64,000 nucleotides of DNA, taken from Patescibacteria group bacterium. GTDB lineage: Bacteria; Patescibacteriota; Minisyncoccia; Minisyncoccales; Staskawiczbacteraceae. Positions 26,985-35,029 of the stretch are shown piece after piece. The notes under the pieces are model-generated. The model saw only the letters and a program-made list of their open reading frames with translations. It was not told where the DNA came from and did not search any database. The DNA is taken from the NCBI GenBank assembly GCA_038065715.1, contig JBBTQL010000006.1, positions 2,127 through 66,126 of the forward strand. Direction: 5' to 3'. Position numbers and translations under genes: made by a program. The stretch's first letter is position 1. Each line of letters starts with the position of its first letter.

Positions 26985-29900
26985 TTATGCAGAATAGAGG
27001 TCGCCTTTTGGGACAATAATTTCTTGGGCGTCGTCGGCAACAATTTTTATTTCTCCATTTCTGTCGTCAACTCTTCCTGCCACAAAAATAATTTTATTTT
27101 CCTGCAAGGCCGCTGGATTTCTTTCTAAAAGATTTGGAAAAATTATAATTTCTGTTTTTCCGGTTAAATCTTCAAGTTTCATAAACAACATTGGCTTGCC
27201 GTTTTTAGTGATAATTTTTTTGACAGAAGAAACTAACCCGCCGACAATAATTTTTTTGTTTACAAAACTTGCGTCAATTCTTGAGATTGGCGTTGTTTTA
27301 TTTTCAAAAAGTTTTTTAAAGCTGTATAAGGGGTGCGAACTTACATAAAGGCCAAGCAATTCTTTTTCCCAGCCCAGCTTTTCAAAGTTGCTTGCTGGAG
27401 TTGCGGGTTCTAATTTTATTTCACTTGTAATTTTTACGCCAGCCGATGCAAAAAGCCCAATTTGGTTTGAATTATTGTTTTTGTTGTTTTCTCTTGCAAT
27501 TTCAAGCATTTTTTCAAGGTTTTGCAAAAGCCTGTTTCTTTCTGCAAACTCGTCAAAAGCTCCAGCTTTTATTAAAGCCTCCATTGATTTTTTATTTAAG
27601 TCTTTTGATTTTACCCTATGTATGAAATCGCTGATAGACGAAAATTTTCCATTTGCTTTTCTTTCTTCAACAACTGCATCTATAATATTTACGCCAACAT
27701 TTTTTATTGCTAATAAGCCAAAGCGAATTTGTCCGCCAGCTGGCGGATTTTTCGGCACAACGGTAAAGTTTTTCAAACTTTCATTTATATTTGGCGGTAA
27801 AACCTCAACATTCATTTTTTTGCATTCGTCAATTAAAAAGGCAATTCTTTCAACGTCGGCTTTTTCTGAAGTTAAAACCGATGCCATAAATTCAACAGGG
27901 TAGTGGGATTTTAAGTAAGCTGTTTGATAGGCAATTGTGGCGTAAGCAGCAGAATGAGATTTGTTAAATCCGTAAGCTGCAAAAGGTAAAATCCATTGCC
28001 ACAATTCTTCGCCAATTTTTTTTGAAACCCCATTTTTTACAGCTCCATCAATAAATTTTACTTCTTGAGCATCTAAAAGATTTTTAATTTTTTTGCCGAC
28101 TGCTTTTCTTAAAACATCGGCTTCGCCCAAAGTAAATCCGCAAATTTCTTGGGCAATTTTCATAAGCTGTTCTTGGTAAATGCAAATGCCCTGCGTTTCT
28201 TTTAATATAGGCTCTAATTTTGGATGTAAATATTCTATTTTTTGGCCACCATGTTTTCTTGAAATATAATCTGGAATAAATTGCATAGGTCCCGGGCGAT
28301 ATAAGGCAACCATTGCGGTAATATCTTCAAAAGTTGTTGGATGCAATTCTTTTAAATATCTTTTCATTCCGTCAGATTCTAATTGAAAAACAGAAGTTGT
28401 TATTGCGTCCTGTAAAAGTTTAAAAGTTTTTTGGTCGTCATAAGGAATATTATCTAAATCAATTTTTAAATTATTATGCAAAACATAAATGCGCGCCAGA
28501 GTGTCTTCTATTATAGTAAGGTTTTTTAACCCTAAAAAATCCATTTTTAAAAGGCCCAAGTCTTCAATGCTGTGCATTTCATATTGGGTTATAATGCCTT
28601 CTTCTGATTGGGTTGACCTCTGCAAAGGAACAGATTCAGTTAAAGGGTCTGCTGAAATCACAATTCCGCAAGCGTGAGTTGAGGCGTGGCGGGCAACTCC
28701 TTCAAGTTTTTTTCCTAAATCAATTAAGCGCTTTGCCTGGTCGTCCATTTTATACATATCCTTAAACTCCGAAACTTTTTCTAATGTTTCTGCCAAATCC
28801 ATGCCGGTTGGAATCATTTTTGCGAGCGAGTCGCAATATGAATAAGTGTACTGCAAAGCCCTGCCAACGTCGCGAATAACAGCGCGGGCCGCCATTGTTC
28901 CAAAAGTAATAATTTGGGCAACACGGTCTTGTCCATATTTTTCTGCAACATATTTTATAACTTCGTCTCTTCTTCTGTCGGCAAAATCTAAATCAATATC
29001 AGGCATAGAAATTCTTTCAGGATTTAAAAATCTTTCAAAAAGCAAATTATGTTTTAAGGGGTCAACGTTAGTGATATTTGTTAAATAGGCAACTAATGAA
29101 CCGCCGGCAGAACCTCTGCCAGGCCCCACAATTATTCTGTTTTGCTTTGCCCAGTTCACAAAATCCTGCACAATTAAAAAATATCCGGCAAAACCGGTTT
29201 TTTCTATAACTGAAATTTCATAATTCATCCTATCTTTTATTTTTTGCAGATGCTCGGTATCTGTGATATTGCCGAATCGTGTTTTCAATCCTTGATGGCA
29301 CAATTCTTCTAAAAATTGTTCTGTTGTTTTTCCTTCTGGTAAAGGGAAAACAGGCAATTTTGTTTTTCCCAGTTCAATTCGCAAATTACATTGTTCAGCT
29401 ATTTTTTGCGTGTTTTCTATAGCTTCTGGAACATCTTTAAAATATTCTGCCATTTCTTCCGGGCTGAGCATTGAAAAATTATCTTGAGCCATAGATAATC
29501 TTTCTGGGTCGTTTGCGTCGGCTCCAGTGTTTATTAACATTAAAACATCTTGGGCTTCTGCGTCTTCTTTTTTTAAATAATGTATGTCGTTTGTGGCAAC
29601 AAGAGGTATGCCTGTTTTTTTAGAAAGCTCTATTAGTTTTTTGTTTACAGTTGCTTGCTCTGGTATGTTGGCATGGCGCTGTAATTCTAAATAAAAATTT
29701 CCTTTGCCAAAAAAAGATTCATATCTTTTTGCGGTTTCTTCTGCTTCATCATCCTTTTTAGATAAAAGAAGCCGAGGAATTTTTCCCTGTATGCAGGCCG
29801 ACAAGCCAATTAATCCTTCTGCGTGAGCGCTTAAAAGTTCTTCGTCTATTCTGGGTTTATAATAAAAACCTTCTAGGTGCGCTTTTGACACAAGTTTCAC

Positions 29901-30203
29901 TAAATTTTTATATCCCTGCTCATTTTTTGCAAGCAGAATTAAGTGATGCCTTCTGTTGTCTATATTTGGCCTTTTGTCTTGCATTTTATCTATAGCAACA
30001 TAAACTTCGCATCCGATAATCGGTTTTATTCCTTTTGTTTTTGCTTTTTTAAAAAATTCAATGGCGCCATACATTACTCCGTGGTCGGTTAAGGCAACAG
30101 AGTCCATTCCAAGCTCTTTTACATAATCTAAAAGTTCGTCAATTTTTGGCAGACCGTCAAGAAGGGAATAGTGGCTATGAACGTGAAGATGAGTAAACTT
30201 CAT
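26985..30203 (-). CDS. dnaE: DNA polymerase III subunit alpha
   Basis: PHP domain FTHLHVHSHYSLLDG. Polymerase core. C-terminal OB fold. Confidence 0.95.
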   Translation of the reverse strand: MKFTHLHVHSHYSLLDGLPKIDELLDYVKELGMDSVALTDHGVMYGAIEFFKKAKTKGIKPIIGCEVYVAIDKMQDKRPNIDNRRHHLILLAKNEQGYKNLVKLVSKAHLEGFYYKPRIDEELLSAHAEGLIGLSACIQGKIPRLLLSKKDDEAEETAKRYESFFGKGNFYLELQRHANIPEQATVNKKLIELSKKTGIPLVATNDIHYLKKEDAEAQDVLMLINTGADANDPERLSMAQDNFSMLSPEEMAEYFKDVPEAIENTQKIAEQCNLRIELGKTKLPVFPLPEGKTTEQFLEELCHQGLKTRFGNITDTEHLQKIKDRMNYEISVIEKTGFAGYFLIVQDFVNWAKQNRIIVGPGRGSAGGSLVAYLTNITNVDPLKHNLLFERFLNPERISMPDIDLDFADRRRDEVIKYVAEKYGQDRVAQIITFGTMAARAVIRDVGRALQYTYSYCDSLAKMIPTGMDLAETLEKVSEFKDMYKMDDQAKRLIDLGKKLEGVARHASTHACGIVISADPLTESVPLQRSTQSEEGIITQYEMHSIEDLGLLKMDFLGLKNLTIIEDTLARIYVLHNNLKIDLDNIPYDDQKTFKLLQDAITTSVFQLESDGMKRYLKELHPTTFEDITAMVALYRPGPMQFIPDYISRKHGGQKIEYLHPKLEPILKETQGICIYQEQLMKIAQEICGFTLGEADVLRKAVGKKIKNLLDAQEVKFIDGAVKNGVSKKIGEELWQWILPFAAYGFNKSHSAAYATIAYQTAYLKSHYPVEFMASVLTSEKADVERIAFLIDECKKMNVEVLPPNINESLKNFTVVPKNPPAGGQIRFGLLAIKNVGVNIIDAVVEERKANGKFSSISDFIHRVKSKDLNKKSMEALIKAGAFDEFAERNRLLQNLEKMLEIARENNKNNNSNQIGLFASAGVKITSEIKLEPATPASNFEKLGWEKELLGLYVSSHPLYSFKKLFENKTTPISRIDASFVNKKIIVGGLVSSVKKIITKNGKPMLFMKLEDLTGKTEIIIFPNLLERNPAALQENKIIFVAGRVDDRNGEIKIVADDAQEIIVPKGDLYSA
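27732..27747. repeat. 16-nt perfect GC-rich palindrome, in frame in dnaE
   Basis: tccgccagctggcgga, encoding part of NPPAGGQ. Confidence 0.6.
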
Positions 30204-30280
30204 AGAATTACTAAATTGCTAATAGCTACGAATATACTAATACGTATTCGTAAATTAGTAATTATTCGTAATTTAGTAGT
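30204..30280. promoter_or_regulatory. Cluster of about 4 operator-like AT-rich motifs directly upstream of dnaE
   Basis: attcgtaaattagta and attcgtaatttagta are direct copies. tactaaatt...tacgaat is a split inverted copy. gctaatagc is a mini-palindrome. Confidence 0.4.
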
Positions 30281-30315
30281 TCTATTTTACTTTTTATGTT
30301 CTGCGCGGTCAACTA

Positions 30316-30344
30316 TTGACAACAATAAAAAATAGGTGTATAGT
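30316..30344 (+). promoter_or_regulatory. Sigma70-type promoter TTGACA-N17-TATAGT
   Basis: ttgaca acaataaaaaataggtg tatagt. Confidence 0.5.
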
Positions 30345-30405
30345 TAAATATATGGGTGGCTTGTTGCTATCTCATATAAAAAGCCTAATTCTGAAAGGAA
30401 AATAC

Positions 30406-30519
30406 ATGGACGAAACAGGCGATAGGTTTAGGGCTATTCTTTTTGGAGCGGTAATTGTCGCGACATTGTTTGCCTTAGCTATGTTGATAGCGGTGGCTGG
30501 CGGTATCGGCGGCAATTGA
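30406..30519 (+). CDS. Hypothetical 37-aa single-TM peptide
   Basis: AAAGGAAA precedes the ATG at 30406. Sequence MDETGDRFRAILFGAVIVATLFALAMLIAVAGGIGGN. Flanked by its own promoter and terminator. Confidence 0.4.
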   Translation: MDETGDRFRAILFGAVIVATLFALAMLIAVAGGIGGN

Positions 30520-30556
30520 CGTTTTGGTCTGCGGCATCAGATGCTTTGCAGACTCG

Positions 30557-30585
30557 GCTGTAGTGTTTTACACTACAGCTTTTTA
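30557..30585 (+). terminator. Intrinsic terminator
   Basis: GCTGTAGTG / CACTACAGC stem followed by TTTTT. Confidence 0.7.
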
Positions 30586-30616
30586 TATTATAAATTCGTC
30601 TTTTTCTACTTTTTTA

Positions 30617-30658
30617 CCCTCGTCATATTTCACGCTATCGCGTGATTTCTGACGAGGG
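30617..30658 (+). repeat. Palindromic element family 3, intergenic copy
   Basis: ccctcgtcatatttcacgctatcgcgtgatttctgacgaggg. The 41 nt at 30618-30658 are identical to 31310-31350. Confidence 0.9.
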
Positions 30659-30679
30659 TTTTATTTTGTGATATAATAA

Positions 30680-30709
30680 AACAATTATAAACAATTATAA
30701 ACAATTATA
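30680..30709 (+). repeat. Three perfect tandem copies of AACAATTATA, followed by a partial inverted copy (TAATTGTT)
   Basis: aacaattata x3, about 45 nt upstream of the PaaX-like gene. Confidence 0.85.
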
Positions 30710-30751
30710 GGTAATTGTTAGTTAGGCAAATTAAAATAACAAATAAGCAAC

Positions 30752-31288
30752 ATGAATAAAACTAAAGAAAAAATATTACTACTTTTATTGGGCGGACTAG
30801 CCTTTGGTTGCAGTTATACATTTGGCAAACAACGTATGGTTTTGAAAACCGTTTCACGGGAATGGAAAAAATTAAACCCAAAAGAACTAAGAGAGGGAAT
30901 AAGTTATTTATATAGATTAGAATTTATTGATAAAAAGGAATATGAAAATGGATTAACCACATTGTCGCTTACAAAAAAGGGAAAGTTAAAAGCGCTGAAT
31001 TTTCAATTAGAAAATATAAAAAATAAAAAAGAGAAATGGGACGGAAAATGGAGAATGGTGGCATTTGATATTCCAGAGAAATATAAAAAAGGCAGAGATG
31101 CTCTGCGTCAAAAACTAAAAAAGATTGGTTTCTGCGAATTACAGAAAAGCGTTTTGATAACGCCTTTCAATTGCAGAGAGGAGATAGGGCTTTTAGTAGA
31201 TTTTTTTAATTTGGAAAAATATGTGCGCTTTGCTGTTTTGGAATTTATTGATAATGAATATTATTTAAAAAAAGTTTTTAAATTATAA
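30752..31288 (+). CDS. PaaX-like (winged-helix plus Cas2/VapD-like fold) putative transcriptional regulator
   Basis: WDGKWRMVAFDIPEKYKKGRDALRQKLKKIGFCELQKSVLITP matches the PaaX-family central motif as I recall it. Confidence 0.65.
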   Translation: MNKTKEKILLLLLGGLAFGCSYTFGKQRMVLKTVSREWKKLNPKELREGISYLYRLEFIDKKEYENGLTTLSLTKKGKLKALNFQLENIKNKKEKWDGKWRMVAFDIPEKYKKGRDALRQKLKKIGFCELQKSVLITPFNCREEIGLLVDFFNLEKYVRFAVLEFIDNEYYLKKVFKL

Positions 31289-31309
31289 TAAATATTATGT
31301 TAATTTAGA

Positions 31310-31350
31310 CCTCGTCATATTTCACGCTATCGCGTGATTTCTGACGAGGG
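31310..31350 (+). repeat. Palindromic element family 3, intergenic copy
   Basis: cctcgtcatatttcacgctatcgcgtgatttctgacgaggg, identical to 30618-30658. Confidence 0.9.
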
Positions 31351-31413
31351 TATGTTGCATATGTTGTTTTATCGTTTTATCGTTTTATTGTTGTCTTATT
31401 ATTATTTTATTTT

Positions 31414-32142
31414 ATGAAATACCCGAATTTTAATGAAGAAAAAAAGTTATGGAAAAAAGGATATAAATATATAGCTGGTTTAGATGAAGCAGGCAGAGGG
31501 CCTTTGGCGGGGCCAGTTGTTGCTGCGGCTGTTGTTATATTAAATCCCAATGACCAAATTCCAATGACCAACAAAATTATAAATATCAAAGCTCAAAAAA
31601 ATTTTGGACATTGGACATTGGGGTTTGGGATTTCTGAAATTAAAGATTCAAAACAACTTTCATATAAAAAACGAGAGCAACTTTATGATATTATTACAAC
31701 AAATCAAAATATTAAATGGGGAGTTGGCATTGTTTCAGAAAAAGTTATTGATAAAATAAATATTCTTGAGGCAACAAAATTGGCTATGAAAAAATCGATT
31801 AAAAATTTAAATCCTGATTTTTTGTTGATAGACGGAAATTTTAAAATAAATATAGATGAAGCCGCCTCCGCCCCGCCATGGCGGCGCTTCGGCGAGCCGA
31901 AGCAAAAGTCTATCATAAAAGGAGATTCAAAAGTTTTTTCAATATCTGCCGCATCAATTATTGCCAAAGTTACAAGAGATAGAATAATGAAAAAAGAGCA
32001 TAAAAAATATCCGCAATATGGATTTGATGGGCACAAAGGATATGGCACAGCTTTTCATTTTAAAATGATTAAAAAACACGGCTCGTGCAAAATTCACAGA
32101 AAAAGTTTTTGGCCCGTCAGCAGTTACAATAATGCAAAATAA
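31414..32142 (+). CDS. rnhB: Ribonuclease HII
   Basis: [33 protein letters not shown]. Carries two apparent in-frame insertions. Confidence 0.9.
   Translation: MKYPNFNEEKKLWKKGYKYIAGLDEAGRGPLAGPVVAAAVVILNPNDQIPMTNKIINIKAQKNFGHWTLGFGISEIKDSKQLSYKKREQLYDIITTNQNIKWGVGIVSEKVIDKINILEATKLAMKKSIKNLNPDFLLIDGNFKINIDEAASAPPWRRFGEPKQKSIIKGDSKVFSISAASIIAKVTRDRIMKKEHKKYPQYGFDGHKGYGTAFHFKMIKKHGSCKIHRKSFWPVSSYNNAK
31542..31633. repeat. AT-rich composite palindrome, in frame in rnhB
   Basis: aaatcccaatgaccaaattccaatgaccaa ... ttggacattggacattggggtttgggattt, encoding about 25-30 extra residues between the AAV and DSKQLS motifs. Confidence 0.6.
31858..31902 (+). repeat. GC-rich element family 2, in frame in rnhB
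   Basis: gaagccgcctccgccccgccatggcggcgcttcggcgagccgaag, encoding [15 protein letters not shown]. Confidence 0.8.
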
Positions 32143-32179
32143 AAAGCCCTGATCGTCCATAATCAGGGCATGTTTTTTG

Positions 32180-34183
32180 CTACTCTGTCGTAGCTACTTC
32201 TACTGCGTTTTTAACGGATGGCCAGTACCTCCATTCGTAGGTCATTGACCGCCAGTTAGTTTTCCATGAGCTTGCAGTAAACTTTGGTTTTTTTATGCCA
32301 TCAATGCTTCCGTACTTTTCTATAGTCTTTTTTTTCCAGTTTGCCTCCATTCTCCTTATTTCCTTTTCATCTTGACCAGGCTTATTTAATGGAGACATGT
32401 CCATATCTATTTCCACTGGCTTTATAGCGGCGTAAGTATTGCCAATCCTTAGTACGATTATCTTTTTTACGGGAACTAAAACCTGTGGCAGACTTTTACC
32501 CTTGCTATCACTAAAGCCTGTTTGATTCAGTCCCTTGAACTCGTACTTGGAAGGGTCGGTAATCTTGCTGATATCAGTTTCGTCTATAAGGGCGAATAAC
32601 AAAAGCCCTTGTCCGCTGTTTTTTGCTTCTTCTGTTTCCAAAAAAATAGTGATAGCGCCATTCGGACTCGAAGGAATGGGGCCAATTGATCCTCGCCAGC
32701 CGGTTTTAATAGATCCAACAGTGAACGCAGAAAAACTAGGCCAGATGTTTTGGTTTGCCGGTAATTTATTTTTACCGGATACTGACTGGAGAAGGCTATC
32801 TGGAGTTTTACCGCTTGAAACCATTGGCATATTTGCTTTTAAGCCCAATGGATTACAGTAAAAGAATGCTTCTGGAACAAAATCCAAGAGCATGCTCAAC
32901 TCTCCACCGCCGTCCCACAGCCTTAAAATGCCTTTCTCATCTCTAAATATAAAGGCATTGTTGCTTATCCAGTGGTATTTGCTGCCTTTTATTTCAGTGA
33001 TGATTGTTTTTGGCTGGATTGGGAAAACATTATTCACCGGCAAGTTGCGGAAAGAATATTTTGGATGTTTTACCAAACCGCTGTTTTTGATGCCGTTTTT
33101 TATTTGTTCTCCATCCAGTAAAAATACAGTTCCTTCTGAAAAAAAAGCAAGCCCGCCGTCTGGTTCTGGTTTCCATGCCAAGCCTTCGCAGTTGCGAAGT
33201 TGCACCGGTATTTCATAAATCCCAGGGTGTAAGTTTTTAGATACTTTGCCTGTTGCGCTATTTCTTATCATAGCTTGGCTTTGTCCTCTAATTTCAATAG
33301 GACCCCATCCAAAAGGAGTTTGGTATATTACAGCAAACAGTTCTTCATCAGGATTTTCGGCCGTTAACCAGACTGCGAAATGTCCGTCTCTCCTAAATGA
33401 AAACCTTTTAATGCACTCGTTTCCCATAAGGCTTGCGTTAGCCTCTATGTCATGCTCGGGTCCACTAAAAACAAGAGGATTTTTGAATTTATATGCATCT
33501 TCTCCAAAATATGACGGGTTTGTTCTAAAAGGCCAGACTGGCGCGCAGAAATTAGTGTTTCCGCAGTATTGCCAAGCAGGCAATGGCGACGGCATGTTGC
33601 CATTAATATCTTTTTTGAAAAAGACAACAGCGTTGCACACATCTTTTTTTGCTATATACAGCGGCCAATATTGGGCAACATGCGGCTTATACTTGGCAAA
33701 CCACATTTTGTCTATTTCGCTCCCCGGCTTTATGGGAACCATAGAGTCGCCTGTTTTTTCAAGCTCAAAAGATATATTGTTTCCGTTTCTTGAAACAACA
33801 ATATTTTTGGCAGACTGCGGCACAATCACGTCTGTAATTCCGTTTGCAACCTCTCTATCTTTTCCAATAGGTTTGAAAACAGTTCTCTTAAGAGTATATG
33901 ATTTTCCGTTAGGCAGAAGCTTTATCCAAAGCTTGCGGTCCTTTATCCAAAATAGAGTTGTTCCATCCTCTGAAACAGTGAAAGGATCGTTGCCGATTGT
34001 TTCCTCAACGCCGCCTGTAAGGTTTATCCGCTGTTTTGTTGTGAAATCGCAGTAAACAAGGTCTTTGCCGTCAGAGAAAACAATGCCTCCCGGGATTTCT
34101 TTGGCTTTTGCAGAAACGCAAAGAGCCAAAAAGATCAAAACTATCAAAACGATCAACCAGAACAATGCGATTGCCTTTTTCAT
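32180..34183 (-). CDS. Hypothetical secreted protein (GC-richer), possibly beta-propeller-like
   Basis: Signal/TM MKKAIALFWLIVLIVLIFLALCVSAKA from the ATG at 34183, preceded by GGGAG. The ORF track extends to 34282. Own promoter upstream. Confidence 0.65.
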   Translation of the reverse strand: MKKAIALFWLIVLIVLIFLALCVSAKAKEIPGGIVFSDGKDLVYCDFTTKQRINLTGGVEETIGNDPFTVSEDGTTLFWIKDRKLWIKLLPNGKSYTLKRTVFKPIGKDREVANGITDVIVPQSAKNIVVSRNGNNISFELEKTGDSMVPIKPGSEIDKMWFAKYKPHVAQYWPLYIAKKDVCNAVVFFKKDINGNMPSPLPAWQYCGNTNFCAPVWPFRTNPSYFGEDAYKFKNPLVFSGPEHDIEANASLMGNECIKRFSFRRDGHFAVWLTAENPDEELFAVIYQTPFGWGPIEIRGQSQAMIRNSATGKVSKNLHPGIYEIPVQLRNCEGLAWKPEPDGGLAFFSEGTVFLLDGEQIKNGIKNSGLVKHPKYSFRNLPVNNVFPIQPKTIITEIKGSKYHWISNNAFIFRDEKGILRLWDGGGELSMLLDFVPEAFFYCNPLGLKANMPMVSSGKTPDSLLQSVSGKNKLPANQNIWPSFSAFTVGSIKTGWRGSIGPIPSSPNGAITIFLETEEAKNSGQGLLLFALIDETDISKITDPSKYEFKGLNQTGFSDSKGKSLPQVLVPVKKIIVLRIGNTYAAIKPVEIDMDMSPLNKPGQDEKEIRRMEANWKKKTIEKYGSIDGIKKPKFTASSWKTNWRSMTYEWRYWPSVKNAVEVATTE

Positions 34184-34311
34184 AGCACTAGCTCCCGTTA
34201 ATGTTTGCCTTGTTAAATATCTTCCAAAATACAATTTTAGAAGATGCGCCAGAAGTAGGGCGTTTAACAGGCAAGTTGTCAAGGTGCTTTCTATATTAAC
34301 TATCTATATTA

Positions 34312-34339
34312 ACTATATGATGTCATAATGTTTTGTCAA
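34312..34339 (-). promoter_or_regulatory. Sigma70-type promoter TTGACA-N16-TATAGT
   Basis: Minus strand reads ttgaca aaacattatgacatca tatagt, followed by TAATATAG. Confidence 0.45.
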
Positions 34340-34505
34340 GTCTTCACCATACTTATTAAAAAAGTTATCCACAGATACAAATAATTGACATACTTGTTTT
34401 AAAATACATAAAAAGTTAAAATAATAAAATATGTAAATAATGTTAAATTATTAAACTGTTAATTTTCAACAATTTAATAGCAAAGTAATTTAGCAATTCA
34501 ATCAA

Positions 34506-34970
34506 ATGAATAAGTCATTAGCATTTTTATTGGTAATTGGCGGAGTAATTATTTTTATTTTAGGTGGCGGCGCAGGCGTTTTTTATCAAACACAGCAAAC
34601 ACAGCAAAATATTCCCCCAAATAATGAAGCAGTGGCGGCAACAACGGCAGTAAAATCATTGTCTTCAAAAGTTATTCCTTCAATTGTTGCATTTGGCGAA
34701 GTTGCAAGCATATCTGGAAGAAATATCACATTAAAAAACGCGGGAGAAAGCTTAATAATAAAAATTGATGAAAACGCGCAAATTTCTTCTTTTAATGCAG
34801 TTCCAGTAAAAGGAACAAACACCCCTACTCAAGGAAAAGCTGAATTTAAAGACATTAAGGTTGGCAATACTTTAAGCATAAATTTAAGGCTTTTACCCAG
34901 TGCCGTTTTAAAGGGCATGTCGGTTGTTATTATCAATTCTTTGCCAAACACAAACGTTGCTCCAAAATAA
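34506..34970 (+). CDS. Hypothetical membrane-anchored protein
   Basis: N-terminal TM helix (LAFLLVIGGVIIFILGGGAGVF). No motif recognised. Confidence 0.55.
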   Translation: MNKSLAFLLVIGGVIIFILGGGAGVFYQTQQTQQNIPPNNEAVAATTAVKSLSSKVIPSIVAFGEVASISGRNITLKNAGESLIIKIDENAQISSFNAVPVKGTNTPTQGKAEFKDIKVGNTLSINLRLLPSAVLKGMSVVIINSLPNTNVAPK

Positions 34971-35029
34971 TAACTTTTTAGCATAAATTAGTTCGCGGTT
35001 TTAAAATAGAATTTTTAAAAATATAATTT

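Noticed and set aside
30680-30720. CRISPR array or remnant (tandem decamers; the identical 41-nt repeats at 30618 and 31310)
   Set aside because: The decamers have no spacers. The 41-nt repeats are about 650 nt apart, flank a gene and are strongly palindromic. No cas genes are present.
33246-34055. 269-aa plus-strand ORF antisense to the 667-aa secreted protein
   Set aside because: The minus-strand ORF is far longer and has a signal peptide, a ribosome-binding site and a promoter. The plus-strand ORF has no start context.
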